Positions 40,952-53,109 of a stretch of DNA of 64,000 bases are shown here, one piece after another. Origin of the DNA: Vicugna vicugna (lineage: Eukaryota). The stretch is taken from the NCBI GenBank assembly GCA_013265495.1, contig MU057984.1, positions 124,001 to 188,000 on the forward strand, written 5' to 3'. Position 1 is the first letter of the stretch; each line of letters opens with the position of its first letter. A program made the translations under genes and the position numbers. A model generated the notes under the pieces. That model was not told where the DNA came from and did no database searches. It worked only from the letters and a program-made list of their open reading frames with translations.

Positions 40952-43900
40952 CTTCAAGAGAGAAATATTTACAGTTAATTTGACTCCTGGGTTATATGAT
41001 CATTCTTCAGATAGAAAAAAATGAATTATGTTACAAAAAATACAAGTTCCTTTGGCATACTTTGACATGTCATTGTATCTGGTAGGAACACACATACACT
41101 CATTCAGTGTCTACATACACTGACATTTTAGAAGCAGAGATGAATATTAAATGATATGTAAAAATAGCAATGACAAGAGATAAATCTAGAAGATACACAC
41201 TAGAGTATAGAGGACTATATTAGGATGGAGAAATCTGATTCATGAGCTAGATTTTTCAGCAATCTGTATATTCACTGTGGTAAATACCAAACTTTACTTA
41301 TATAATAATACGACAGCAAATACCTTCAAAGAATTTTAAAAATAAGTTCTGTCATATTTAGTTTGTAGTAAGACTTTAAAAATATTTCTCTTTAAAATAT
41401 TTTTCCTAAACTAAAAATATTAGTTTATTTACATGGACCTTATAATTCACTTAAATTATTTATGTAAAATATTATGATTTCTACTTGTGAACTGCTTTTA
41501 AATGTACAAAATACACTATTTAACACTGAAAAATAAAAGTGTAGTGAATGATTTAAAATTAATATTAAAATGTGATTACACATTAATTTAATGTACAGCA
41601 TTAAAACATTAAACTAATATATAACTATGTATTTCTATAAATATATTACATTCTAATATTTTCTTATATAGAGTTAAGAAATTATTAGTGATATTGTGAG
41701 AAACCAAAATATTATTTCTATACACAACTACTAATTATATAAAGAAGTATTAATACATTCCTTTGGTATTAGCTCTATAATATTATGGAGCCATGTATAT
41801 AGAGTCCATATTTAAGAATATTGTTTCTTCAAAGTATATTAAATTTTACATGTTTATCAGTTCAGATACATATAGGACATAGATTGAAAATGAGGTAAAA
41901 AGGGAATCACAGTATCAAAAAGCTTTTGAAATGTATTACACTAAGCTTTTGTGGCACCAATAACAGTAAGTTCATCTCAACTGCAAAACTGGATAATGCC
42001 CTCAGATGTATGAGTCATATACCACATTTACAGCATAAAAATATTTAAAATAAATTTATTCTAATTCTAAAATTTACAGGTTGATATTGAACATTTTGGA
42101 CTTACAATTAAGTATGTGAAATGTACAATAAGGGTACAAAGTTAGATGTAAATTAAGAGGGTTGAAATGGCTGAGGAAAATGCACAAGCTTTTCTGGTTA
42201 TAATTAGCTTCAGTCTTAAAGCATTAAATTGGAAATTAGTGTGATCAAAGTTACAATTAGTATCATGTCTTGTCCTATAAGTCCTTAGGAAATTAGTGCC
42301 CTAGCAATGGCAGGATTACTAAATCTCAATGGATTCACATTCCAAAACACATTCCATTGGCTTTACACTGTGACAGGGAGTGGAGTTCTTTCCCAATTAT
42401 CCGCCCCAGTGGACAGGAGCAGATGAGAATGCACAAAGAGAAAACGTGGGTATCAGTACAACGAAAAGTACATTGGGCTTGAGGATAACCTGGGTTATAG
42501 ATACATTATACAGAAAAGAAACAATAAACATTGATGGTGATACAGTTGAGCAGAGAAAGGAATAAGTTGTTTATGATGTGTTGTTATGAAGGAAGAATGG
42601 ACTGCACAGAAAGTAAATAATCTTTATTTATAAAATCAGACCCATTTGTTTCTTGAGGGCATTGGAAGAGAAAAATAATTCCTGGAATAGGTTTTAGGCT
42701 TTTGGTAAAATGATTTAATAAGTAGTACACAATCTGTTCAGAACACTGATGGTTGTGCTAATGTAACATAGGCTATTTACAGAACTCACATTTAATTTAA
42801 AAATCTAATAGTTACCAAGAGAAGTGACTTGATAGAAAATGTCTATGTTTCTGAAGCATACTTAACTTTCGTTGAAGAAAACTGTGCAAGGAATTTATGA
42901 TTTATTGTCTCATAGGCTTTGTTTTAGACTAAAAAATATCTGCTTTAAATCTTTAGTCTGGGAACTAACAAACAAACAGTGTCTGGAGTAGACATGAACA
43001 ACACCGCTTTAGAATTCCAACAGAGTAGTGTCTAGGCTGTATTACATCCCTTTGATCAGATGACTATTATAAATTTTAAACTGCTCAGCTCTATGGAAAA
43101 TGTACAAACAACTATCATATAGGAAGAAATAAAAGAAACATTTTGATATGCTTGTGAAGCATTCTGAAGGTAATTTAGTATATCTCAAATATTTATGTGT
43201 TGATAATTTTTTAACTCAAGAGTAAAAATACTTCAAGTAAAACAAATGACATTTATTGTCAAAGGGACTTTTAGGTATGTGGATTTTTACTCCACTTAAA
43301 ATTAAACAACATAAGGGAATATATAATCTTGGCCTTTCTTTATAACCCATATATCTGGGGAAATGCTGTTATTCACAGGCAAAACTTACTGTTTTCTCTT
43401 CTAAGTATAGTGATATAACTTATATAAGTAGAAGACGAGGTCTTTTTCACTAGAAAAGACAGGTATTGGAGGAGGAAGGAAAATTCAGAATTTCAAGACT
43501 TCTTTTAGCTTATCTGTGTCACTCAAGGAGGAGACTGAAAATAGATAACCCTTTGCTGTGCAATTCAGTCTTTCTTAGTCATGAAGAACTATGCCTAGAG
43601 CTTGGTAAGACGTTGGGGCACAAAATTTCACCCTATGGTTATTTAAGAGGACTTGTGATTCTTAGGTTGATCCTGGGAAGAAAAATGAGAAAAATCAAGG
43701 TATGCAGAAGAAGTGAGAAGAGTACTGAGGAAAGGAAAACTAAAGAAATTTGAGAGAAGCCTGGAGTATGTGCATAAAAAAAGGGGTCACTGAGAAAAAG
43801 AAAGGCAGTTTAACAGTAGGGATTTTATGTTGTATGCATGGTGCCAAAGCAAACCTCCCTGAAAACTTCAATTCATTCTGACTGGGTTTGGGAGAACGTC

Positions 43901-44357
43901 ATAAAAGTTTTGTAACCGGGACAAATAACAGAAGAATCATTGTCCCCATAGGATAGTTCCTAGATGAGTTACACAAGAAGCTGGAATATGGTGATTAAAT
44001 GTGATCCGAGAACCAAGGTACCCAGGAATCTTATAGATGTAGTGCAGGACTCGGAGTGCATGACAGACTATAGGACAAAGGGCTGATATAAGTTAATGTT
44101 ACCTCAATCTTAGTTGATTTCCAAGTTTTACCAACAGGAAGAGCAACAGGGAATGGAATGATTTTGTGAAAAGATCATTGGACTTATTGCTAAGAGATCA
44201 GATTCAGTCTGAGCATTCTCACCAATAGGGCTAGGTCACTTGACAACCTGCTTTCTCTGGATCTTGATTTTCTTACTTGTACAAAGAAAAAATGGGATTA
44301 GAGGGCCTCTAAGATCACTTAAAATCCTGGTGTTCTCTGACTCTAAGATATACTTAC

Positions 44358-44452
44358 CTTGAGGGCATTTCGGATATGGTGCCTGTGGGAATCCAATAAT
44401 AGGGTATGTCCAGCATATTTCTTGGACTTCTGCACTGTCTAGTCCCATAGTC
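44358..44452 (-). CDS. CFAP47: CFAP47 internal exon (95 nt, phase 2 to 1): TMGLDSAEVQEICWTYPIIGFPQAPYPKCPQ
   Basis: Acceptor aatttctgactag|G ACT ATG and donor CAA G|gtaagt. Phases match both neighbours. Lies within ORF 44236..44448. Confidence 0.88.
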
Positions 44453-44741
44453 CTAGTCAGAAATTAAATTATTAAGAGTGAACAAAAACATAAATACTTT
44501 CACTATTAGCATAAAAGAGTATATTCTTTATTAATCTAATAGTATTTTAGCAAAGCTTGTGTATTTCAAATTTGGCAGAGAGAAACTAAGTACGAAATAC
44601 AAAACATTTTCTGTAAGTGTTGCTTTTATAAACATTTCCAACTAAACCCTGGGAAATTATCACAGAGAAAAATGTAACACAACCATTGTGAGATGCAAGT
44701 TAAAATTGAAGAACTTTTCTATCTACATTTAAAAGTTGGTA

Positions 44742-45047
44742 CAGTCGGCCATCTCTATCTGTGGGTTCTGAACCAGCAGATTCAACCAACTGCGGATGGA
44801 AAATATTAAAAACAAAATCCAGAAAATTTCCAAAAGCAAAACTTTCATTTGCTGCAGCTATTTACACAGTATTTATGTTGCATTAGGTATTATAAGTAAC
44901 ACAGAGGTGATTTAAAGTATATGGGAGGATGCACATAGGTTATATGCAAATATTGCACCATTTTATATAAGGGACTTGAGCAACCATGAATTTTGGCATC
45001 TGCAGGGGTCCTGGAATCAATCCCCCATGGATACCGAGAGATGACTA
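44742..45047. mobile_element. MER2-like Tigger MITE
   Basis: 'tacagtcggccatctctatctgtgggttctg...gattcaaccaac...ggggtcctggaatcaatcccccatggataccgag'. Confidence 0.8.
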
Positions 45048-45339
45048 TTGGTATTTACTGATGTGACTAAACTATGATTAATCAGAGGTAATACAGTTTC
45101 CAGGGGTTATATTCTACACTGGATAGGCAAAGCACAAAACACAAAAAATGCCATTAAGTACAGGACTTCAGAAAGTGATGAGAAATTTACTTTTGGGGGA
45201 TATCAGTTGAAAGAGAAAGGGAATTTGTCAAATTATTCTAAGTCCATCATATACCATGAGGAGGACAGCAATACTAAAAAATAGCTCTCATTAGTGTTGA
45301 AAACAGGCTTTTCTTATTAAAAATGGAACATAAGGTATG

Positions 45340-45500
45340 ACAGGCAGAACCAACTTCATGGGCCTGTGACCTGTACAACAGTACATGAACTCCACATTTG
45401 GAATTGCTCATGCTTGTTTAATGTCTTGAAATTCTTCATAACTTTTGAACAAGGGCCTCCTCGTTTTCATTTTACACAGCTCATGCAGGCAGTTTTGACT
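45340..45500. mobile_element. MER91-like hAT remnant
   Basis: 'gtcttgaaattcttcataacttttgaacaagggcctcctcgttttcatttt'. Confidence 0.6.
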
Positions 45501-45620
45501 GCAGGAGCGGTGAAAAGCATGGAAGAATGGATACTAAGCCCCAAAGGAACGACTTTTTTGAATATGCAGAAGAATTATGCACACATAGGACATAGTAAGA
45601 ATTTCCTTTTAAGACGTCCA

Positions 45621-45822
45621 TTTTATTTCTTTTTTTTTTTTAGATTCCATATATGAGTGATATCATATGGTATTTTTCTTTCTTTTTCTGGCAATAATCT
45701 TTAATGAAAAAGAATATGAAAATGAATACCTGTATGTATATGCATGACTGGGACATTGTGCTGTACACCAGAAATTGACACATTGTAACTGACTGTGCTC
45801 CAATAAAAAAATACAAAAAAAG
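45621..45822 (+). mobile_element. Short L1 3' insertion with inverted 5' segment
   Basis: 45621-45690 is reverse-oriented L1 3' UTR (ttagattccatatatgagtgatatcatatggtattt). 45691-45822 is a forward L1 tail ending aataaaaaaatacaaaaaaa. Confidence 0.8.
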
Positions 45823-46476
45823 AAAGGTCAAAGATAAAGGAGAGCAATAATTGAGAGAGAACAGTCTCCAGGGAAATGAGAAATAGTGGCACTCAGAACA
45901 AAGAAAAAAAAAAGATTTCCAGACCATTATTTAATTAAACTATAAAAGTAGATAAAAATATTTAAATTTTGCATCATTATTGAATTCTGCTTATATTTCA
46001 GCTAAGCAAAGAGAGTACAGTAACCTGTATTCTGGTAATGACACAGCATGCCCTAGTCCTGGTGATATCTCGCAAGGATGTCATATCCACTTGGCACAGT
46101 GCCATCACTTGGTGAATGCCAGTATTACAAGTCCTGTATTTCGCCCTGATAAGCTGTTCCAGGTTGCTCTCTAGATATTGTCTTATCAGTAATTATTTTC
46201 CAAGTCAAAAAGGAGTCCCTTTACATGTATCTGACTGTGATTCAGAGATACGATACTTAACACTGACTTGCCTGTCACTGTGAACTTCAAATGAGCAATG
46301 ATACATACCATACTCACATAATAAATATATTATCCTCCTCTTACATATATAAATTTCAGTGTTTCAGAGAACATAAAATCATGAACTTTACATCATATAA
46401 TGTATAAAAGAAACCTATCACATCAATGCCAGTCAAAATGAAATCATGTTCCTTCAATATCTTATTTAAATGTTAC

Positions 46477-46636
46477 CTTTTCACCTCTTCGTGCGGTTCA
46501 TTAAAATTGTCAATAAGCCAACTTCCTCTGTTTACCTTCTTCATTTGAACAACAACCATTGTTTTTTGCAATTTCATAACTTGGGGCATAAATAACACTT
46601 GGATATCTAAGGTCCCTTTAGGAGGCAATGCAATTT
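46477..46636 (-). CDS. CFAP47: CFAP47 internal exon, 7th from last (160 nt, phase 1 to 2): xIALPPKGTLDIQVLFMPQVMKLQKTMVVVQMKKVNRGSWLIDNFNEPHEEVK(R)
   Basis: Acceptor ttttttaaaaacag|AA ATT GCA and donor AAA AG|gtaaca. Frame joins the next exon (AG+G=Arg). Peptide resembles recalled human CFAP47 'IALPPKG...PQIMKLHKTMV'. Confidence 0.88.
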
Positions 46637-47269
46637 CTGTTTTTAAAAAAAACACAAAAATGATTTTTAATGTGGTAAACATTTTCAGAAATATAATTTT
46701 AACAGCAGAAAATAACATTTCCTTTACTGATTATCTAAATTTTTCAAAATCACTCCTGGACAAAAAAATACATTATGCTAAATTAAAAGTGCACTTCACT
46801 GGCTTCACTAATTTTCCTCAAATGTCATCAATCCTTTTAAAAACACATTTTATTCTGAGGCAAGAAGGTTCTCCTGAAGAGGCTGGAAGGGTTGAGGAAA
46901 TGTAGATAGTGATGGCTTGGGTTTCCCAGAGTGATCAAAGAACCATAAAAGCCATAGTTTTTTCAAGTCTTACTGCATTGTGCATAAGACAAAGCACAGC
47001 AATTTTTGACTCTTTAATTTCTTGTGTATTTTTTTTTCTAGACCATAATAGCTCCAGATTCCACTTGGAGCCCCCAAATTGCTACCAGTAAATTGTTCAT
47101 TTCTTTAACTGATCCATGAAGAAAGCCAAAGCTTATTTGTGAAAGAAAGTGGCATCGACTCCAGGTTGTCAAAACCAGAAGACAAAAACTGACGGCATTT
47201 TCCTGTGTTCCAACAGATTTGAATTTTTCAATCTTTGCTTTGCATAAGTACCATATGCAAAACACTTGT

Positions 47270-47410
47270 TAGATATGGAGCTTGCTAAGCCGCAACTATA
47301 GAGATTCTGATTTATTCCATCTGGGTGGGGGCCCCAAACCTGCATGTTTAAGTAGCACCACAAGAGATCCAGAAGCAGATGGTCATGAGATCATACCTAG
47401 AAAAAACCCC
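47270..47410. mobile_element. MER5A-like MITE remnant
   Basis: 'agagattctgatttattccatctgggtgggggccc...tgcatgtttaa...gatccagaagcag'. Confidence 0.6.
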
Positions 47411-47789
47411 TCTACCTATTGGACAAGTATTGAGCAGTTGGAAGAGTAACGAGTTCCTGGCCTTTTATAACAGAGAGGGTTTCCACGTGATGGGTGTCTT
47501 TCTTTATTTTGAAAAGTAACACTATTTCTTCACAAGAAAATAAGGGATTACTGACTATATTATATTTTTTAAAACTCTTTGTTATAAGGTCAATGATATT
47601 CAAAGCCATTTTATCTCAAGTAAGAATACTTAACTATCAAGAACATCAAGAAAGAAAACAGAAAATGGCCCGTCTGCAAAACATCCCAATTCAAAATTCT
47701 TATAAATGTTCAATTTTTCAATTTTATTCCTTCAGGAAATGAGAATGTTCTAAAGTATATTATCATCATTAATAATAAGTAATAATTAA

Positions 47790-47970
47790 TATGATCACTA
47801 CTTAATATTTATTGACTACTGACTCTATGCTAGGCTCTCTGCTAAGCATTTTTCATATAATATCTCATTTCATTCTCAGAAAATCACCACAGATAAGTGC
47901 TATTACGTTTCTCATTTTAGAGATGGAGATATTGAGACAATTTGGTTAAATAACTTGCCAAAGGTCCCAA
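47790..47970 (-). mobile_element. MIR SINE
   Basis: 'tatgctaggctctctgctaagcatttt...cattttagagatggagatattgagac...ggttaaataacttgccaaaggtc'. Confidence 0.8.
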
Positions 47971-48654
47971 GGAAAGATTGTGTTGTTCACTATGATATCT
48001 GAACAGTTTCTGCTATCTTCAAATTGGTTTTTATGAGTTCTGTATTTTTAATGAATCACTGCATTCAAATGAGTAAGAACAGAAAGAGCCAGAATCAGAT
48101 AAGATAAAGAGCTGGAATAGGACAAAAACAGCAGAGCTGAGTCAAATAAACCCTACATGCATCCCCAAGGAAATCAAGTTTAGAAATGATCATTTACAGT
48201 TACAAAAGTATATTACCACTAAAAATAATTATGACTAAAAATAAACCCAGACATTTAGATGGTGTAAAGAGTCAAGACAAAGATACAAAAGGGTACTCCA
48301 CTTTAACACCATGCTTTCTTACAATGTTAGCAATGAAAAATAATGCTATAACATTCTTATTTAATGAAAAATCTAGCACACTATTTGTGGCTGTAACTTT
48401 TAACCAGTCTACCAACAAAACTATAGTTCCCTATTGAATTCATCATACATTTCTTTAAGTATTATTGTATGTTTGAACAGTAAGAACTGCTGTGATGTTA
48501 ATAAACTTCCAAGAAATCACCGACACTTAACATCGAAAAGTACTTTGAAAATTTATAAAATTCCTTTCATGTCTCACAAGTGAGCTTTATTTCCTGTGGT
48601 TTTTCTGTTGTCCTTTGCAACACTTTGAGTAGAGACAGGAAAGCTGCCCTCATT

Positions 48655-49140
48655 TCTGTCTTATAAAGAATTTATGTTTTCTTCTAATACTTATATGCTT
48701 TCATTTTTATAGCTAAATATTCAATCCACTTGTAATTTATCCACATGTAAGGAATGAAGAATGTGTCCAATGTTGCTGATTTTCCATATGGAACCAGTTA
48801 TCTAAAAATAAGTAGTTATTTAAAAGTTCAACGATCTGAAATGCCCCCTGCATGGCATTTCCATACGTATTTTGGTCTTTTTCTGGGTTCCCTAGATTTC
48901 TTTGCTCTTTCCCTTCATGTGTAAGTAACTCGTCGTTTTAATTATAGGTGCTTTATTTTCTACTAGGACGAAATGCCTCCTCTTTCAGCTAATTTTTTGA
49001 AAGAATTTTTCTAAATCTGGAATGAACAGTTAGCTCCAAGAAGGGAATGGGCAGGCAAATGTACTTTCAGTGGGATCACCCTGCATTTATACTTTAGGGA
49101 TAACTGACATTTTTTCCATTCCTGGTCTATTCAGAGCAAG
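48655..49140 (-). mobile_element. Highly decayed L1M ORF2 fragment
   Basis: 'gaatttatgttttcttctaatacttata...gttttaattataggtgcttta...ttagggataactgacattttt'. Confidence 0.55.
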
Positions 49141-49987
49141 AATATGGGAGAGTATGGCCTTATACTATTCACTAGGTTAAACAATCTACTAAAACATATT
49201 GTAAACTCAAAATATTTTCTAAACTTATCTTTCTCTGTTTTAGTCCATTTCTGTATAGTAAGTACACAAACTAACTACAGATATATTTACTTTTTTCTAT
49301 CATACCTACCATTGTTGAGGTTCATAATCCTAATAAGCATCTGGGGGAAAATATGCACATTTTATTTTACATAATTGATTTTATGTATTTATATATTTTA
49401 TGAGAGAAGTATACATTATTTATAGAATTTCTGAAACTCTAATAATGTCACATTTAGCATCAGAGAAATATTAAAAAGAGTGACATCCATTGTATTATTA
49501 TTATTATTTCTACTGCTTTGCTTTTGAAATCTGCTATGGCCTAGTTGCACTTAGCATTCAAATTTTATTCAGTGTATTTTAAAACTGCTATTTTGACTGC
49601 TCTTTTGATTAAAGGTGTTAAAAATATTTATGCACTCATCTCCAATTTGAAATATAGAAATTGTACAATGTTTTAATGGCTATGAGATTTCTTGCCTTCT
49701 TAGAAGAAAATCTTCTCAAGAGCATAAAGTGAACATAATCCTCATTTTGGTAATGAAAGTATTTCATCTTGGGAGATTAATTTTTTATCACTTTAGTGGT
49801 ATTATATTACTACTCCCTACAGCATAATTTCTAATATTTAGCATGAAATTATAAATAGCCCATGTCAGAAAATCAAAGAGATACTAAGAAACATACTAGC
49901 ACCCTAAGTTATGCTATTATTTTTGCTATAGTGGTTTATTTTATTTTTATTAATTAATTCAGTTATTTTTTACTTTTGTCAAATGTC

Positions 49988-50414
49988 TTTTTTTAAATTG
50001 AAGTATAGTTGATTTACAATATTGTGTTAGTTTCATGCAAGTGAAAGCAAAGGCATACAACAAAGTGATTTGGTTATATATACATATGTATGTATCTATA
50101 TTTTTTCTTTTTAGATTCTATCCCATTATAGTTTATTCCAAGATACTGAATATAGTTCCTTGTGTTATACAGTAAATCTTTGTTGTTTATCTATAAAACA
50201 TGGCACTGTATATCTGTTAATCCCATACTCTCAATTTATCTGTCCTTTTCTTCTTTGATAACCATAAAGTTTGTTTTCTATGTCTGTCTCTGTTTTGCAA
50301 ATAAGTTCATTTATAGCATTTTTTAGATTCCACATATAAGTGATATACTATTTGCTTTTCTGTCTGACTTACTTCACTTAGTATGGTCATCTCTAGGTCC
50401 ATCCATGCTGCTGC
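49988..50414 (-). mobile_element. L1 3' end, 5'-truncated
   Basis: 'aattgaagtatagttgatttacaatattgtgttagtttca...ttagattccacatataagtgat...ctaggtccatccatgctgctgc'. Confidence 0.9.
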
Positions 50415-50645
50415 TATAATGATTAATTTAAATAAGAATACAAGTTTTTACTTTTAAAACATCAAGTCATCAAGAACGTGACTTTTCATCAACCATTTTC
50501 ACACATGAAATCTGTGCAGTTTCTACTTGAATACTTCATATTTTCAATAACTGATTTAATATTCTTTAAAATATCACTAGACAATGGAAGAGAATTGTTA
50601 ATGTGGTGATTTGGAGAAGAATCCATTCATTGATTCTTCAGAGGT

Positions 50646-51030
50646 ATTATGGGCTCAATTATGTCCCCCTCCCCAATTCCCTAACTGCCAGTATCTCAAA
50701 TGTGACTGCATTTGAGGAGGGGCCCTTAAAGAGGTGGTTAAGTAAAAAGAAGACTTAGTGTGGATCCTAATTCAGTCTGACTGGTGTCCTTATTGGAAGA
50801 GGAAATTGTGACACACAGACACACACAAGGAATGCTCGCACCCAAAGGAAAAACCATGTGAGGACACAGTGAGAAGGCAGCCATCTACAAGCCAAGGGGT
50901 GACACCTCGGAAGAAATCAAACCTCCTGGCCCCTTGATTTTGAATTCTAGCCTCCAAAACTGAAGAAATAAGTTTATTTTGTTTAAGTCATTCACACTGG
51001 TGTTTTGTTATTGCAGCCTTAGCTGCATGT
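50646..51030 (+). mobile_element. MLT1B-like MaLR solo LTR
   Basis: 'tgactggtgtccttattggaagaggaaatt...catgtgaggacacagtgagaaggcagccatctacaagccaagg...ttctagcctccaaaactg...ttgttattgcagcc'. Confidence 0.88.
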
Positions 51031-51742
51031 ATTCATGAAATTATCTTTTCCTCTGTTTTCCCAGAGGCTGAGGCATGGGATGCTATTGAACTTGCTTACA
51101 GAGTTTCTAATTCTAGGCTCTCAAAACATAGAGCAGATAGAGAAACTTGCCTCTGAGTGCCACCTGGCTGCTATGATCACAGAAAAGCTAGGGATGCAGC
51201 ATTCTTCCCTTCCTACCTGTACCTCGTGGACTGAAGTTATGTGTATTGAATGGGGGCGTCTATCGAATAGCAAGAAGGGCATTTCAGAGACTGAATTTTC
51301 TTCATGAAGGATTAGGGACTACTGCTGTTTTACCCCATCCATCTTTTATAGAGCTAGCTAATGTCTGAGACATAATAACGAAGTTGTCCAAAGAAGATAC
51401 TATTAACAGGACTAGCTTGGAAAAAGTGAGCATGTGTACTAGGTTGATAGGCATAATCCCCACAAGAACTATTACAGAGAGTTTCAATAAAATGTGAACA
51501 TTTATTAACTGGAAAAAAAAAGAATTATTACAGAGAAGACAGAGGGAAAAGCTGGAGAGTTCTACATAGTTGAGGGGGCGTTGCATTCAGTGAACAAGTA
51601 GAGGGCTGGTCCCAGAGGACAGAGAGCTTTTCTAATGTAATGGGAAGGGAGGGGAGGCAAGGCACATGGATGAAAATAAAACTAGGCTGGTCGATGTAAT
51701 GGAAGGCTTAGACAATTAGACTGTGTTATGATGCTATATTCC

Positions 51743-51880
51743 TTTTTTGGGGAGAGGGGGTAGTTAGGTTTATTTACTTATTTATTTATTAAAATTTTTT
51801 TTCAGTAGAGGTACTGGGGATTGAACCTAGGACTTCCTGCATGCTAAGCACACACACTACGACTGACCTATCCCCTCCCC
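51743..51880 (-). mobile_element. tRNA-derived (camelid-type) SINE
   Basis: 'gaggtactggggattgaacctaggac...tgcatgctaagc...tatcccctcccc', with ctatattc on both flanks. Confidence 0.9.
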
Positions 51881-52868
51881 ACCTTTGATTTCTATATTCT
51901 TAATGAAATGGGAAGAATGAATACCAGATGAGAGAAAGGGAGGAAATGCTGGATGTCAGTAGTAGTCATCAGGTTTCAATTCACTGTAGGAAATTGTACT
52001 ATAGTACATTTCACTAAAGGAAAACCGTATCCCATCAAAAGTTCATCACTCACTCACAATTTACTCATTTCTCTATCTCCCTTTCCATCTATCCATCTCT
52101 ACAACCGTCAACCACTCTACCTGTTGTAAAAGCCTGAAATTCTATAAATCCTAAGCAGATGTCAGTCCTCTCTCTGTCAGAATATTTACCTGTATTTCTG
52201 AAGCTAAGAAAACTGCATTAAATGACAGAAAAGAGAAATGGTACTATGCCGTGGGTTCCATTTTATAAGCCCAGACCTTATAAAGTATTTTAGTACATTC
52301 AATTTTCATTCTCTTCCTAGAAATATTCTAGTGGTATAAGTAGGTTTAAATTGCAGGTTATAGAGATTTTTCTGAAGGGCAGGCATCTAGGCATCTTTGC
52401 ATAACAAAAGCTGTGGCTTTCTGTTTTACAATAAAATCAGTGGCTTCACTGACTAGCTAAGAAATCCACCTGCTTTTTGCTAAAAATTGTAATTACAAAT
52501 CAGTGTGACTGGAACTTGAGCTCATTTGTGTGGAAACTTGGTCATTTGACACAATAGGAAGGGAGATTTTATAAAAAATGTTAAATTATGCTCAGCTGCC
52601 AACATAATTTAATAAACATTCATGACAATTACCTGGAGACCTGGGCATGCTTTATGTCAGGCAGCAGCACAGATTAAATGTCACGAAACACTGAGTTCTT
52701 GAAGACACTTTCCAATTTACAAATAGCAACATTTAATTTCAAAAACATGATTTCTGCAAATAATATTTTTATTACCAATTGTCAAACTACATGATATATG
52801 TTAACTAAAATCAACATGAGACATGGCAATTATCTCTCATAAGGAAAAAACATACATGTCTCTCTCTC

Positions 52869-52954
52869 TTTTTTTTTTTTTTTGATGGAAGTACTGGGGA
52901 TTGAACCAGGACCTCCTGCATGCCAAGCATGAGCTCTGCCACTGAACTACACCC
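52869..52954 (-). mobile_element. Short-form tRNA-derived SINE (head plus A-tail only)
   Basis: T-run then 'gatggaagtactggggattgaaccaggacctcctgcatgccaagcatgagctctgccactgaactacaccc', flanked by catgtctct. Confidence 0.88.
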
Positions 52955-53109
52955 TAACAGGCATGTCTCTTTTCTAAATGCTGATTTAGCTATGATTATT
53001 AGCAAACATATAAACATAAATGATGTATATTTTATCTCTTAAAAATAGACATTACAGATGCCAAACATAGTGTATATCTTTATCTTTGATTATTCTCTCA
53101 TACTATGAT

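Noticed and set aside
52190..52276. Candidate upstream exon ending ...SEIQ|gtaaat
   Set aside because: The donor is phase 0 but phase 1 is needed, there is an in-frame TAG upstream, and the rest has no similarity to the recalled peptide.
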